Assembly: GCF_000485595.1 (NCBI RefSeq)
Contig: NW_014577078.1
Coordinates: 1,314,977-1,378,976, forward strand
Length of the DNA stretch: 64,000 nt
Direction: 5' to 3'
DNA from: Priapulus caudatus
Lineage: Eukaryota
Part shown: one piece after another, positions 38,702 to 51,300 of the stretch
Layout: each line of letters starts with the position of its first letter
How positions within the stretch are numbered: the stretch's first letter is position 1
Notes under the pieces: generated by a model
The model's database searches: none
What the model saw: only the letters and a program-made list of their open reading frames with translations
What the model was told of the DNA's origin: nothing
Program-made: the position numbers and the translations under genes

Positions 38702-41656
38702 ATGGAAAATCCGGTGGCACCCGTACAGTCAGGTAAATTTTATCAGATTCCCGTCTCCTCCGTTGAAGATGAGAAATCATTACTGAAGACAAAGAGGTTG
38801 ACAAGCGCCAGTTGTCTCGCACTTGTCGCACTCGCAACTCTGCTCGGCGTCGGTGTCATCATCGGAACGAACTACCTTTACCGCATGAACTACGATCAGT
38901 ACGTGAACAGTCTGACGATTGAGCATGGTGAGTCGACTAGCATTCCCTCGGAGTACGCGTCGCCGGACGCACTGCGTGAAGAGCCCGACGTGGAAGCGAG
39001 ATGCTCCGTGCTTGCCGAGGCACTCCGCAATCGCGGTGTCGCGGAGAAGGCCGACGACGATATTCACCGACGGCTGTACGACGCGTGGCTGTCGCACTGC
39101 AGCGGCAACGTCGGCGTCAGATTACCGGAGTCCGACACACCGGCCGCCAACTCGACATCGGCTCACGACCTTCGGCTGATCTTCAAAATGGCGCGGCGCA
39201 AGCGAGCGGCGACCGCTGGGTGTGACATGACACGCGTCGGCGACGGCTGGTGCGACGAGGAGTGCAACACGCCGAGTTATCGCTACGACAACGGAGACTG
39301 CTGCGCGCACATCTGCGAGTTGTCAGAAAGCTCTAAACTATTTCCCTGCGGCTCCAACGGCTACAACTGTAAGATCGGAACTCAGGTAAATGCGTACGCA
39401 CGTACGCCAGCTTACTTGACCCGTACTTGGTTGTCCAGCAGCCTGCTATCTCTGTAGATGTGAGTTACTCATAATCAGTAGCGTGTATACATAATACTGA
39501 TTTCCAAAGGAATACTAAATGCAGATTCTAATGCATATAGAAGGCATAAATCTCACATGCGCTCAATGCAGCCTGGAACATTCTATTGCAACTAATTCCG
39601 CGTAAAAGGTTTAGGAATAAAAAACCATTGTAGTGCAAAGAAATAATGAGATATCTATCCATTAAAGCACATTCATATACAGACGGGTGTCACTGTGTAA
39701 TGATTACTCTTAACGCAAATCCATTTCATGTTGTAGGGGTAGGATCACCCTTTGGAATCTGTCCTCGCTAAAGCACATGACTGTCATGCTTCTTCATCGA
39801 TCTCTTCGGTATACTAGTAGCAAAGATTATATATATATATATCATCGCTACTAGTATACCGAAGAGATTGATGAAGTAGCATGACATGTGCTTTATATAT
39901 TATTATTATTTAGTCTTATTATATATATATTATTACGTTGCTTATATATATATATATTTATATATATATATAATTTCTTGAGTTGAATGATCATATCTAA
40001 GTGCGTTTATTCTGTATGCAGGCCCCCGCCTGGTTTCGCCAGCAGACTCAGTTTTGCTTCCGCTGGCACCCAGACGGCGATGGTGGTCAGTGTGGCACTG
40101 GCAGCGAACCGCGTGAGATCTGCGCAAATACGGGCCAGCAGACAGCTGTCTATAGAGATGATACGGACGGCCGCGGCGGAGGCTGCCAAATGTCGTGGGG
40201 CATCGTGTCGCCGCACAGTAGCAGCTGGTTCAAGGCAGTGCAAGTCTGCTACCGTTTCTACGCCGATGGAAATGCGGGGCAGGTAAGCTGCCCGGGTTGA
40301 AATGCCCTAGCAGAAGTTCCCCCCTGCGCGCGTTAGTCTGACCAAAAGAGAATAGCTAAGTCTGAAGGAAGCCGAGTATAGTCGTGGACGTATATGTTTC
40401 TATGGGCGATAGTCTATAGTAATCACGCTATGGGTTTGAGTGGACATGGGGTTTCTGAAATTTTGTTGAATTGTTCATTGCGGAAATGTGTAAAATAAAA
40501 TTTTAATAGTCTCCTACAATTTCACTAATAAATTAGTCTAATATTGGTTTCAGATTGTTGTTTTATCTAATATAATATTATTGCAAACCTGTACCTTCCG
40601 TGTCATTTAACTGCAGTCTACTATAAATCTACTGTCTGAAGTTTATTGTGACGGTGAATAGTTTCTGTGTTGTTTTCACGGGCAGTGTCACACCGGCTCA
40701 GTCACTGGAAGAGTATATGAATTCTGTGCACCGGTGGGACAGTTCACATCCTCCTACCGCGACGACACCGACGGAAGGGCAGGCGGATGTCGTATGTCCT
40801 GGAAGCTGAAACTGCCATCAACGACCACCCTCGAACCTTGGGCTCAGAAGATCCAGCTCTGCTTTCAATGGTAAGCCCAGGCTAACGTGAGCGCACGTGA
40901 AGATCATCATTCAGTGCGATTTACGCTCGGCTTTCTGCCACGCTGCTGTACTATACTACTAGCTTTACTACTTACTATACTACTAGTTTTACTACTTACT
41001 ATACTACTAGCTTTACTACTTACAATACTACTAGTTTTACTACTTACTATACTACTAGCTTTACTACTTACTATACTACTAGCTTTACTACTTACTATAC
41101 TACTAGCTTTACTACTTACTATACTACTAGCTTTACTATACTACTAGCTTTACTACTTACTATACTACTGCTCTACTACTTACTATACTACTGCTCTACT
41201 CTACCGGATGGGTTACGAGTGAAGATACGAACGCTACCAGGTGGCGTTTGCATTTTTGTATATTTTATACAAAGTAATCCCCACGCCGTGATAGCCTAAT
41301 GAACTTCCACCCCAGTGAAAGGATCTTAGGCATAAATCGTGTGTGCACGTGTGTGTACATGCATCCGTGCGTGCGTGCGTACATGCGTGCGTGCGTACAT
41401 ACATGCGTGCGTGCGTGCGTGCATATACGTTCTCGCATGCGCGGGCGTTTTCGTTATTAGCTATCACATTTACATGCGACGTGGAAATTAATTGCTGCTG
41501 CCTTGCAGGTACCCGGATGGCGACGGTGGTCAGTGTGGCGGAGGTGCGGCCAGGAAGCTCTGCGCAAATGCAGGATTTTGGACCCCGTACTATCGTGACG
41601 ATACAGATGGGAGGGGTGGCGGCTGTCGCATGAGTTGGGGCATTTACGCTGCTTGA
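38702..41656 (+). CDS. Type II membrane protein: TM + furin site + LNR-like module + three perivitellin-2-67kDa C-terminal-type Cys repeats (425 aa)
   Basis: Exons 38702-39385, 40022-40282, 40686-40870 and 41509-41656, GT-AG and phase-compatible (1278 nt). TM ASCLALVALATLLGVGVIIG. RRKR at 39194-39205. CDMTRVGDGWCDEECNTPSYRYDNGDCC fits the LNR pattern. Three copies of C(F/Y)x(W/F)xxDGxxGQC...(L/I/F)CAxxGxxTxxYRDDTDGRxGGCxMSW. Confidence 0.9.
39769..39895. repeat. 127-bp intronic hairpin
   Basis: TAAAGCACATG...TCTCTTCGGTATACTAGTAGC / GCTACTAGTATACCGAAGAGA...CATGTGCTTTA with a (TA)n loop. Confidence 0.8.
40949..41203. repeat. 24-bp minisatellite (~10 copies), intronic
   Basis: Unit TACTATACTACTAGCTTTACTACT. 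Confidence 0.9.
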
Positions 41657-44176
41657 AGAGAAGAAACTACAAACTAGTTCTGAGCGTCAAGAGTGTTATT
41701 TCGACATTGTAATATATATATATGTGCAGCAATAGGCCGAATATGTTGATAATTATTCTATTGATTATGAGGTCTAATAAATGAAACGAATGTATAATGA
41801 ATACGAATAAATAAATATATATAACCCCGTGAAAATTCTTCATAAAAGTAAGCATCACGTTAAAACATCTTGAAACTACTACAATAAAGCATATAATAAT
41901 TAAACAGTTCACAAATATATCTTCAGTATCTGCGCAATCCTCGACATGGGCATAAACAAAACGCCAGCTACATGCATAAAAATAAATGTTTATTTTCTCA
42001 ACACACCACAGCTAGTGGTCACAACCACTCAGTGGTCGCAGTTACGCTGGCTGGTAACATTCAGCAGTCAGCGAAACACGTCACTGGGTTCACTGTAAAA
42101 TGGCAACACGCCGCAGGCCTGTAAACGCCCTCAACCAATATCGTCACGAATCTATCCGCGGTTCCAAGTACCAGTCGACTGCGGTAATTACACATAGACT
42201 TCTATGGATACCGTCCATTAGAGGCCCATCCATTTGCGTGACAAGCAGACCGCTGGCTAATTATCCGTGGCGCAGGCGCCATTGACACACGGCCTTGTGA
42301 CGACGTCGTACGGGCTAAAGTCATATCCGTTAACTTCGTTTAACGGACGCCGCGCGGTAGCGACATTAACGTAACAATGCGATCAACGCTATTATTTCGT
42401 TCACCGCATCAACAATCCGCGCGTGATCTGCCTACGGATCCCAACCCGGCAGAAAAGAACGGCATGGTGTGTAAATGATTTTAGGGGCGTTTCCCCCGAC
42501 GCACCGCGCCATACCGTGCCCGTGGCGCCGTGTGCGTGCACGACGCTCACGGCGCCAGGCGATAATGACGACCGTTACTTATTGACGCGTCGTCAAACAA
42601 CGTGCGACGCGTTACACAGTTAGTCTGCTAACTACGCGACAATAAAGTATGCGTAAAGCTAAATAATATATTTAAGCTTAATGAATACTCGAATATATGA
42701 AAACCATAACCAAACTTCGAATAATGATCTAGTTTCGTATTTGATTTCGATGAAAACTGTCAGAATCAATATCGCTGTTGAATGTAGTCAATTTGAAAGG
42801 TTTTCCTTAACCACTGAGCAGAATATACGTGAACTGAAACGCTCATTGCTTATCCGTAATACTCAAGTGACACCGTGTAGCACATTGGTGTGGAAAATAC
42901 ATTTAAACCTTAAACGATCAACGCGTCACTGCAATACATATGCATGACTCAACTGTTTCATTGATATTACAGTTCATATGTGAAATTTTCGTATAACGAA
43001 TTTGACCGCACCAGAAATTTTTATACTTTTTTTCCAGATAGAGCTAAGTTCATTAAAAAACGTGGTTAACCACTTCAATATTTGCCCGTTCATCCACAAA
43101 TAGCTACAACAAACGGAACAGTATACGTTGCAATGAAATGAAATCTCAATCTGACTAGTCCTCTATAATCCCTCCGGATATTAAGTTTAAATATGATTTT
43201 CGTCAAGCAAAAACGCGGTTTTGTTTATTTGCATGCGAATCGTTGCACGACATTTATTTGCCTTAGCAATCGCCCTAGGGCTTGGACTTGTAAGCTTTAG
43301 GTATTTCGATATCATGTATACCCACGGACTACGATTCGTGACGACTACTCATGTTCTTCTGACCGCAGTTCACACAATCAGAGCAGGAGCGTGCATAAAT
43401 AACAGCCAAAACGCAGGATTATAATATCTAGATGTAGGTAGTAAGCTACCTAGATACCTCAATCTAGATGGTTATACCTACGTGATAATATACATAGACA
43501 TACGGCCAATACATCCATACTGTCGATTTTACGTATACTATTGTATTGTCGTTATTATTTTGTTTCCAAGCAGTAAAGAGCGGTAATGTCGAATGTTCAG
43601 TTAGGAAAATTTCACTGTTGAAAAAATGGTACATAATTTTTTACTCTATCAGTAGTGAGAATAGTTAGAAAGGTGCGTCAAGTTGACACGTTATATATCC
43701 TAACACATTTAATATATCCAAAATGGTTTTGCAATATTATCTTTACAGTCGCATGTCTTTTGCTTATAGATAACAGTAACACACGGATGGCAATTGCGAA
43801 TATTCTAAAAACGACGTGAAATGTGGCCCACGTGACTAACAAGACCTATATTTGTCTTTAGTCGATGAGCATTTAGTATATATACATATAACTGTCGTAG
43901 TCGTCTCTCGTATAGCTATAATATGTTAATCTATGTACAATTACATATAAACTGTTACACGTGACATATCTTTGGTATGATGTTTTTCATATCATATCAT
44001 TTCATTGAGTGATGAACTGCCAACTATGAAGTCACATTATCACAACCTTCATACCCATATGCCAAGCTGGGCTCTGATTGTTCCAGCGATAGAGCTTGCC
44101 AGAGTCCATGCGATCGTCGCGGCCTCTAGTGTCTATTCTGGGCGCAAATATTTTTGATACGTTACGAATAAACGGG

Positions 44177-45335
44177 TCATAGTGCACCGACGTTTACAAC
44201 GACAGCCGGCTCTTCCCTGAAACAAAAAAAAACACCATTATAAACACGTACTTCACGTACAAGCGTTACACGCAGTAAGCCTACAAAAGAAAAATAGGTA
44301 GGACGTGTCACGGTGATTAAAATTATCCGGGCCTATATTAAATACTAATATGATATGTTTACATTTTCCTGCTAGACCAGGAGAATACTATATGAAGAAA
44401 TTCTATAGGAGAATTCTCGTGGTTTATACATTCCACCTTGGATTACTATATGCGTTTGAAGTTTAAAATATTAAAGCGCCCTAGTTTCGTCAGAGCAGAT
44501 GGAATGAGACACCGGCTATGCGCGCGCACCTGCCGCTAGCGCTGATAGGGTCTATGTCTCCCTGGGTACCACTTCCGCGCGCATATATTTGCTAATATAT
44601 TGACTAATCGTCTATCGACAATAAACTCAATATTCACAGAGAGTATAGCTAAGACATGTGTCTATAGGTATCTAAAATTTTAGAAATGTAACTCAAACCC
44701 TTCGCGAGATGTTAGAGTTAGTACACTATCCTACGGGCAATAGCCGCGCGTATATATTAGCCTATGAGCGATACCGTGCGTATATTTTTGATAATGAATT
44801 AAACCATTCGTGATTCAATAAACTCAATTCATAGATTTCTAGAAATGTAGCTCAATTTGTTCGCGAGATATGAAAGTTAATACACTTTCATGCCGCCTAT
44901 AGCGCAATAGCGTATGCGGAGGAGGAGGGGGGGTTAACAGCTATATACAATGCGCCAGTACAGGCGGGCGCGGTTCGAACATTTAATCATCTGTAATTCA
45001 CTTCTAAGGAATATCTACATTGGGCACCCCCTCTAATATTTATAGTACTGCCATAGGCTACAACTGTGCCAAGTTTGATGCTTTTGTCAGCTCTGTAACG
45101 ATCATGAAGCTAAGGGACCTGACTAAAGTTATTACAATCATAATTGCACTGAATAACCGAGTTGACGATCAGCGCCGCGCTGCGGATTATCACGTTTCTT
45201 CATTTGATTCGTCGATTTATTTCGAGGAAATGGGGAGGAAGAGACTAAGAAAAAGAAAAGAGTAATTCGACGACGACGACAACGACGGCAATGGCGACGA
45301 AAATGCAAAACAAAAAAAAATGTGAATAATAATAA

Positions 45336-45366
<31 letters not shown>

Positions 45367-48300
45367 AAGAAGAAGAAAAAGAAGAAGAGGAGGAGGAAAA
45401 AGAAGATGATGATGATGATGATGAAGATGCAGAAGAAGAAGAAGAAGAAGAAGAAGAAGAAGAAGAGGAAGAAAGAATAATAATAATAATAATAAGATGA
45501 TGATGATGATGATGACGACGACGACGACGACGACGATGATTATGAAGGAAAGCGTCGGAGGAAGGGAGAAAAAAAGAGGACGGGCAAGGGAATGGTAGTA
45601 CGTGTATGTACCTAACGCGGTCATTTGGGGCTTTACTTGACCGCTGTCGTATCTCGTAGAGGTGCGTGTGTCCTGGATATTGTGAGAGTTCGTAGCCCCT
45701 GCTCTCCATCTCTTCTCGGCCAGCCTCAAACTCGCGTCTCCTCTCATCCTTGTCCATCTCGAAGATAAGGGACATGTGTTGCGGCGAGCAAGCGTCCACC
45801 ACGGCGATGGTGGCGCCCACGCAAATGCACAAGATTCCTGCAGTCAGTAAACATTTAGCACTTTTTCGCTGCCGCTTCCCGTCAGCGAGCATTTAAAGAA
45901 AATGTCGATAACGGTTTAGACATATAAAGATCGCACTATGTCGAACAAGGAAATAATAGCAAATATGGCGCCCGCTTATTGTATGCATGGAATCGATTAC
46001 CAACCCCCGATATATAATAAAAATCAGCTAGACCTTTATTTGCTGCTCTTAAAAAAGTAGATCACCAGAGGAAAGCCTCTCATATTTGCAAGTCACATGT
46101 TAACTTACCGGTCGCCAGCACGAGCCAATAGCACCAGCCGAGTTTGAATCGCAAGACCTCCAAGTCGAAGTGGATGCGCAGCTCGTACTTGGGCAGCAGC
46201 ATGTAGTATAGACCGTTTGTGAGTAACAGAAGCACGCCGGTCAGTATCATGCTGTAGGCTCCATACCTCAGCACCATGCAGAACAACACGTTACCGACCA
46301 GCCAGATCGCGAACGCCGTCCTGTGCGTGGCGGAAGAGAATACGGATACAGCACGAGTATGGATAGTACGCAGAGTGCAGTGAAAAAAGATCATGAGTGA
46401 ATAATAATAGTATAGTAGTATTAGTACGAGCGGTGAACTATATTGCACTGTCGACTGCGTGGTTGCGCTCAGGAAACGGTATAGACTATGCTTTGCTTAC
46501 TTATTACTTTTGCTCTTATCTTTGCTTCTCGGACGAGTTAATCCGTGTTTACTATTTGCTAAATTCATTACTGCCAACTCTGCGCTCCACCTAACTCTAG
46601 CACTATAGCCCTTCGCTCTGCCACAGGGAAGCGCCTGCGGGCGCCACAGGAACTGCCTGCATGTGGCGGAGCGAAGGGCTATAGCTACGCCCTGCCCGGT
46701 GCGTTGTGTTTAGCACAACAAAACATAGAAAGCAATGAGGCTAAACAAGAGGCCATACTAGTCATACTGTTCTTTTTATGGTTTGCATCGTCGCAGGAGA
46801 AGAAGGGACGTCCGATTACCTGTAGGCCTACAAAGCACGACCGGTACGTTTTTCGTATGAGCATCACGGGCCATCCCGCACCCACTCATCGGACCATACA
46901 GCGTCGAAAAGACGAAATATTTCACCATGAAGGTTGGAATGAGGGTATAGAAATACCAGATGATATATGATCTAGTCAGAAGTATAATATATATATACAT
47001 ATATATATATATACAGGGGCGGCGCCACGGTTTTCAAAGTGGGGGGGCCAAATTGAGAGAATGAAGCGACCATGCCGGGGGGGGGGGGTGTGAAGTAAAC
47101 CCGGACCCGGACCCGGNNNNNNNNNNNNNNNNNNNNNNNNNCTACCTCCCGTCGTGTCGTCGTTCGGACGTAGTTCTAGAGAGAGAGAGAGAGAGAGACA
47201 GAGAGAGACAGATCGAGAGAAAGAGAGAGAGAGATAGAGCGCGCGCAAAAGGGAGACGGTGAGTCAGGGTAGGAGAGAGGAACCGAAGGAAGGATGTGGG
47301 TTAAGAAGGAGGAAGAAAGGAGGGAGAGGGGAGTGAGGTGGGAGGGAGGGAGGGAGGGAGCGAAGCGGGAGAGATGGAGAGAAGAAGAGACAGCAGTGAG
47401 GAAGGAATTTGTTTCGTCACTTTCAATTCTTTTCAGATCGCTTATATACGACATAACAACCATCCCCCAAACACAAATTCTGATAGCAACCTCAAAGTAC
47501 ACTCTACTCAAGATGGCTGTCGGAAGTCTAGCCACGGACAAAAACCAAATGCTACGGCTGTAGCGTTACGTCTTTTGAGTACTATCATAACGCTGCAGTA
47601 CTTGCTAATGTAATTTCCATGAAACACGTAAAGCTGCACTCTCGGCAAAAGGCGCTTTTCCGCGAGCCATCAGATGATACACCGCCAGCGCACTTTACTG
47701 TAACATCTCACGATGTACTAATATCGCACATACTGTGGTTAAATAAATAAATAATAATAACAATAATAATAATAATAATAATAATAAATACGTACCAGAG
47801 TAGCATGTAGGAGTAGTAGCCAGCGGATCTATAACACCTTCCCCAAATAAAGCCCTCGTGATCCACGCTGAAATACTCTGCTACAGTGAGAATTGGGTAA
47901 GGCAGGCCTTTGACTAGCGCTGCCTTATAGCCAGTCTTTACGTCTTCAACTGCAACGGAAATAAATTATACTAAACAACGTAATGACGTTGGACAACTAT
48001 GCGTATACTTATTTCTGCTTTTGACACGAAGCATTGGCTAGCACACTCGTTTGTTAATATATTCCACTACTACTACTATTACTACGCATGAGACGTGTTT
48101 ACGTATTTACGCGAAATACTTTAATTATACACAATACAAAATTTATTAAGACAATTCAGTATACCTTAGTTTCGCCATAAAGTGAGAGCGCCAGTTATCG
48201 GTCCATTACGTTGCGAGGTTAGTTTCGTTAGCAAGGACGATAACGCTACCGAAACCATTTGCTGACTATATACCTATTATAATTTACTGTTTTACAAGTA

Positions 48301-51300
48301 ATAATTATTGTTATTACACCAATGCGTTTCGCACAACGGTTGGGTAAGTAACGTTCAATGTTACCAGTCGCTCACACTTAAAAGCCTACGGCTACAAAAT
48401 AACTTAATTAAATGGGCGGTGAATCTTTATGTGGTCGCGGCGCTGGGGAAGAAAACGGTTCCTTGACAATAGCCACACAGTTCTCTCTAATTTGAATGTA
48501 AACGGCGCCCCCATGTAATGGTTAGAACTCCGTAGAAAGGTGGTGGGTTAATTAGGTGCCGCTCTTCCCCCACGATTCGCGGTCGATAAAAATTAAACGA
48601 ACAAAGAACGGGATTCATCCAATGCGCTGCGGTCCTGTTTTTGTGTCAGTGTGTCAGTCTAGACAGAATGCAATTTTAGCAGCTGAACACTGGGCAGAAT
48701 TGATGACAGCTATAAACGCGTCCTTCGGAGTGTAGGTTAATTGCAGTCGTCGCGTTATAGCGGTGCTTAGCAGTCACCGTAGAAAGCGCTACTGCTGCAC
48801 CCGTAACCAATGGCGTACATTGCATTCTATCCTCAGGCCGGGCTTCGTTTGAGGACGGTCACATTCCTTTTGTGATGTGACATTGGGGAGACACCGACGG
48901 GTCCTACTGCTTAGTATATAACCGGTCCGGACTGAAAGAAGACGTCTCGTTTTCGAAGGTGCCAGTTAAGTTATTCTTTACGACCCATTCGTAACGTCTT
49001 TTGACCTATTCGGTCCTCTATTCAGACAAGCTTGTCTGACCTTCGATCGATCATCAATCATGGCTGCTGTTGCCCCAGATGTCCACAACTGATCAAATTA
49101 ACAACGATAAAGCCAAAGCTAACCTTTAGCAGTATACGAATTTCATTGAACCGTTCTTGTTCAAGAACAGACTTGTATGATTTTTTAACAACAACTCTGG
49201 CCTAGATTTTTACTAAAAAAAGTCATGAAGGTTTTAATCGATTGCCCCTGCATCTTTGTATCCTCTCTGTGTTGTCACGGGGACAATCCTTCTATCTAAT
49301 AATAGTAATTGAGGTGGTGGATGAACAATGATTATTGGCCTTAGGCCTAAAATTCTTCTTTCTAAACGTTGCTTGGATACCAACTTACTTTTAGACAATT
49401 TTAACGTTTTATGCGTAATCATACACGATTCCCAACGTTTGGGTAAATAACACGCATTCTCTAGCTTCTAACGAACTGACTATGAAGATCTACTACGAAC
49501 TTACTAACACAAGCATAAATATTTTCTCTAAATACACGGCTTTACCTGGTGCACTAGACAACGGCTACATTAAGGGTTAGGGTTAGGGTTAGCACAAACA
49601 ACGGCGAGGGCATGGCCTTCGTAACATCTGTTAGTCGGAAACTTGTCATTTGGACTGGGAAGAAGACGAAACTAAACATAAATGTTCTCAGATAGATTAC
49701 GCTTCTTTTATCAACCTTAACTTTTCTCTACTGCTTCTAATTGCTCATCTGTGCGGGCATTACGACAATGAAGGGCATGGGAACGTATAGCGACGGTTGA
49801 TATCCAAATAAACATATGTCTCGAATACTGGTTCGAAAAACAGTTAGCTCTTTGTTTTTTACATATGAATTAATTCGCCTCTGGCTACTAATAGGTAAGA
49901 CTTTGCCTGGTATTTAAAGTGAGTGCAACTTGTTTGCAAATATTAAATTTCGCGTATGATTTAGAATAGCATAATATTATAGAATACGATAAATTTTTTA
50001 TGTACGAGTCGTTCAATGGTCTTATCCTCGAGTATTAATAATCAATACTACTATATATCGTAAATTTTATCATGTATATAATTTGTTCAGAAAAATCACT
50101 AAAGCGCGAAACAATAAAAGAATAATCAACTAGAGCACTCGGAGAGCACAGACCTCCGCCAAGGCAGCTGAATTCTCTCAATGTGAAATTTTTTATTAAT
50201 TAATTAATTAAGTGGAAAAATTAATTAATTAATTAATTAATTAAATAATTAATTGGATCCGGATTAGTGCGAGCGTGCAGGTGGGGGAGGACTGTGGTTG
50301 CCCCTTAGCCTGTGTTTGTAAGTCTACAGCCAGCGCACCAAGCGGAAGTGAACTGTAACGTGCATGGTAACACACACACACACAAACCAACACTCAATGG
50401 CACGCCGGTAAAAACGCACCCGGCAGTTAGATGCGATATTGTATGACTACTAGGCACTTAGGATATGACTACTAGGCACTTAAAAAAAAAAAAACCCCTA
50501 CCCTAACCCTAACCTAACCTAAACCCTAACCCTAACCTAACCCTAACCCTAACTTTTTTTTATTTAAAAAAAATTAAATTAAATTAAAGTGCCTAGTAGT
50601 CATACAATATCGCATCTAACTGCCGAGTGCGGTAAAAACATAACCTCCGCCACGCCCCTGGCGGAGGTAATTATAGGATGAGTGCACGTTTAGCGAATTA
50701 CGTGTACGAAACACTATACTATTACTATACATATACGAACATATAAGTACTGATATTATAAAGGTGGAATTTTGCGATGACCAGCAGGTAAATATTTCAT
50801 AGCATATTTTCTCAATTTTATCTAGCCAGTAAAGGCAAAACCCCTGTGCGGTCTCGCAGACGTCATCGTGGGGAAAATTGTTCTTGCCACCAGGGGGCGT
50901 GAATGACTGTGCTGCTGTATGTATTTCTGGGAGGCACGAATCGAATAACTAGGGTTTCTGCAGTGTCCTCACAAAAACAAAGCAAAAGCGACATGTCGTG
51001 AAGAATGACTGGAATCCTGAGGCCAGTAATTATTATTTTTAGCCCTTCCAGGGAGTAACTATACGTTTTAAACTGACACCCGAGTGTATCCATCGCTGTC
51101 ATCATATATTTAATGTCACGTTATTTTAAGTGGTAAGAGCGTTGCATTTGAGATAGATGTGTAGTTGAGGCGATCCGATACGCGCGGGTCAGTAGGCGAC
51201 TACTGAAGGTTGATTGCGTTGTAAACGTGCCAGTATACATCATGCTTATGGAATTACTGTAACTTTCTGTAAGATGCCGGCGCAGGCTAGTACGGTTCGC

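Noticed and set aside
40887..41147. Leu-rich 'membrane' ORF (LLLTILLA)n
   Set aside because: Translation of a 24-bp intronic minisatellite.
43221..43424. Short ORF with a signal-anchor-like stretch (MRIVARHLFALAIALGLGL)
   Set aside because: No downstream exons or homology recognised; lies in the likely DUOXA 3' flank.
45217..45611. Poly-Ser/His/Arg extension of the DUOXA ORF
   Set aside because: Microsatellite inside an intron; the donor at 45611 splices in phase to 44216.
49234..49430. QRLERRILG resembling a LINE RT C-terminal motif
   Set aside because: Too short and degenerate to support without a search.
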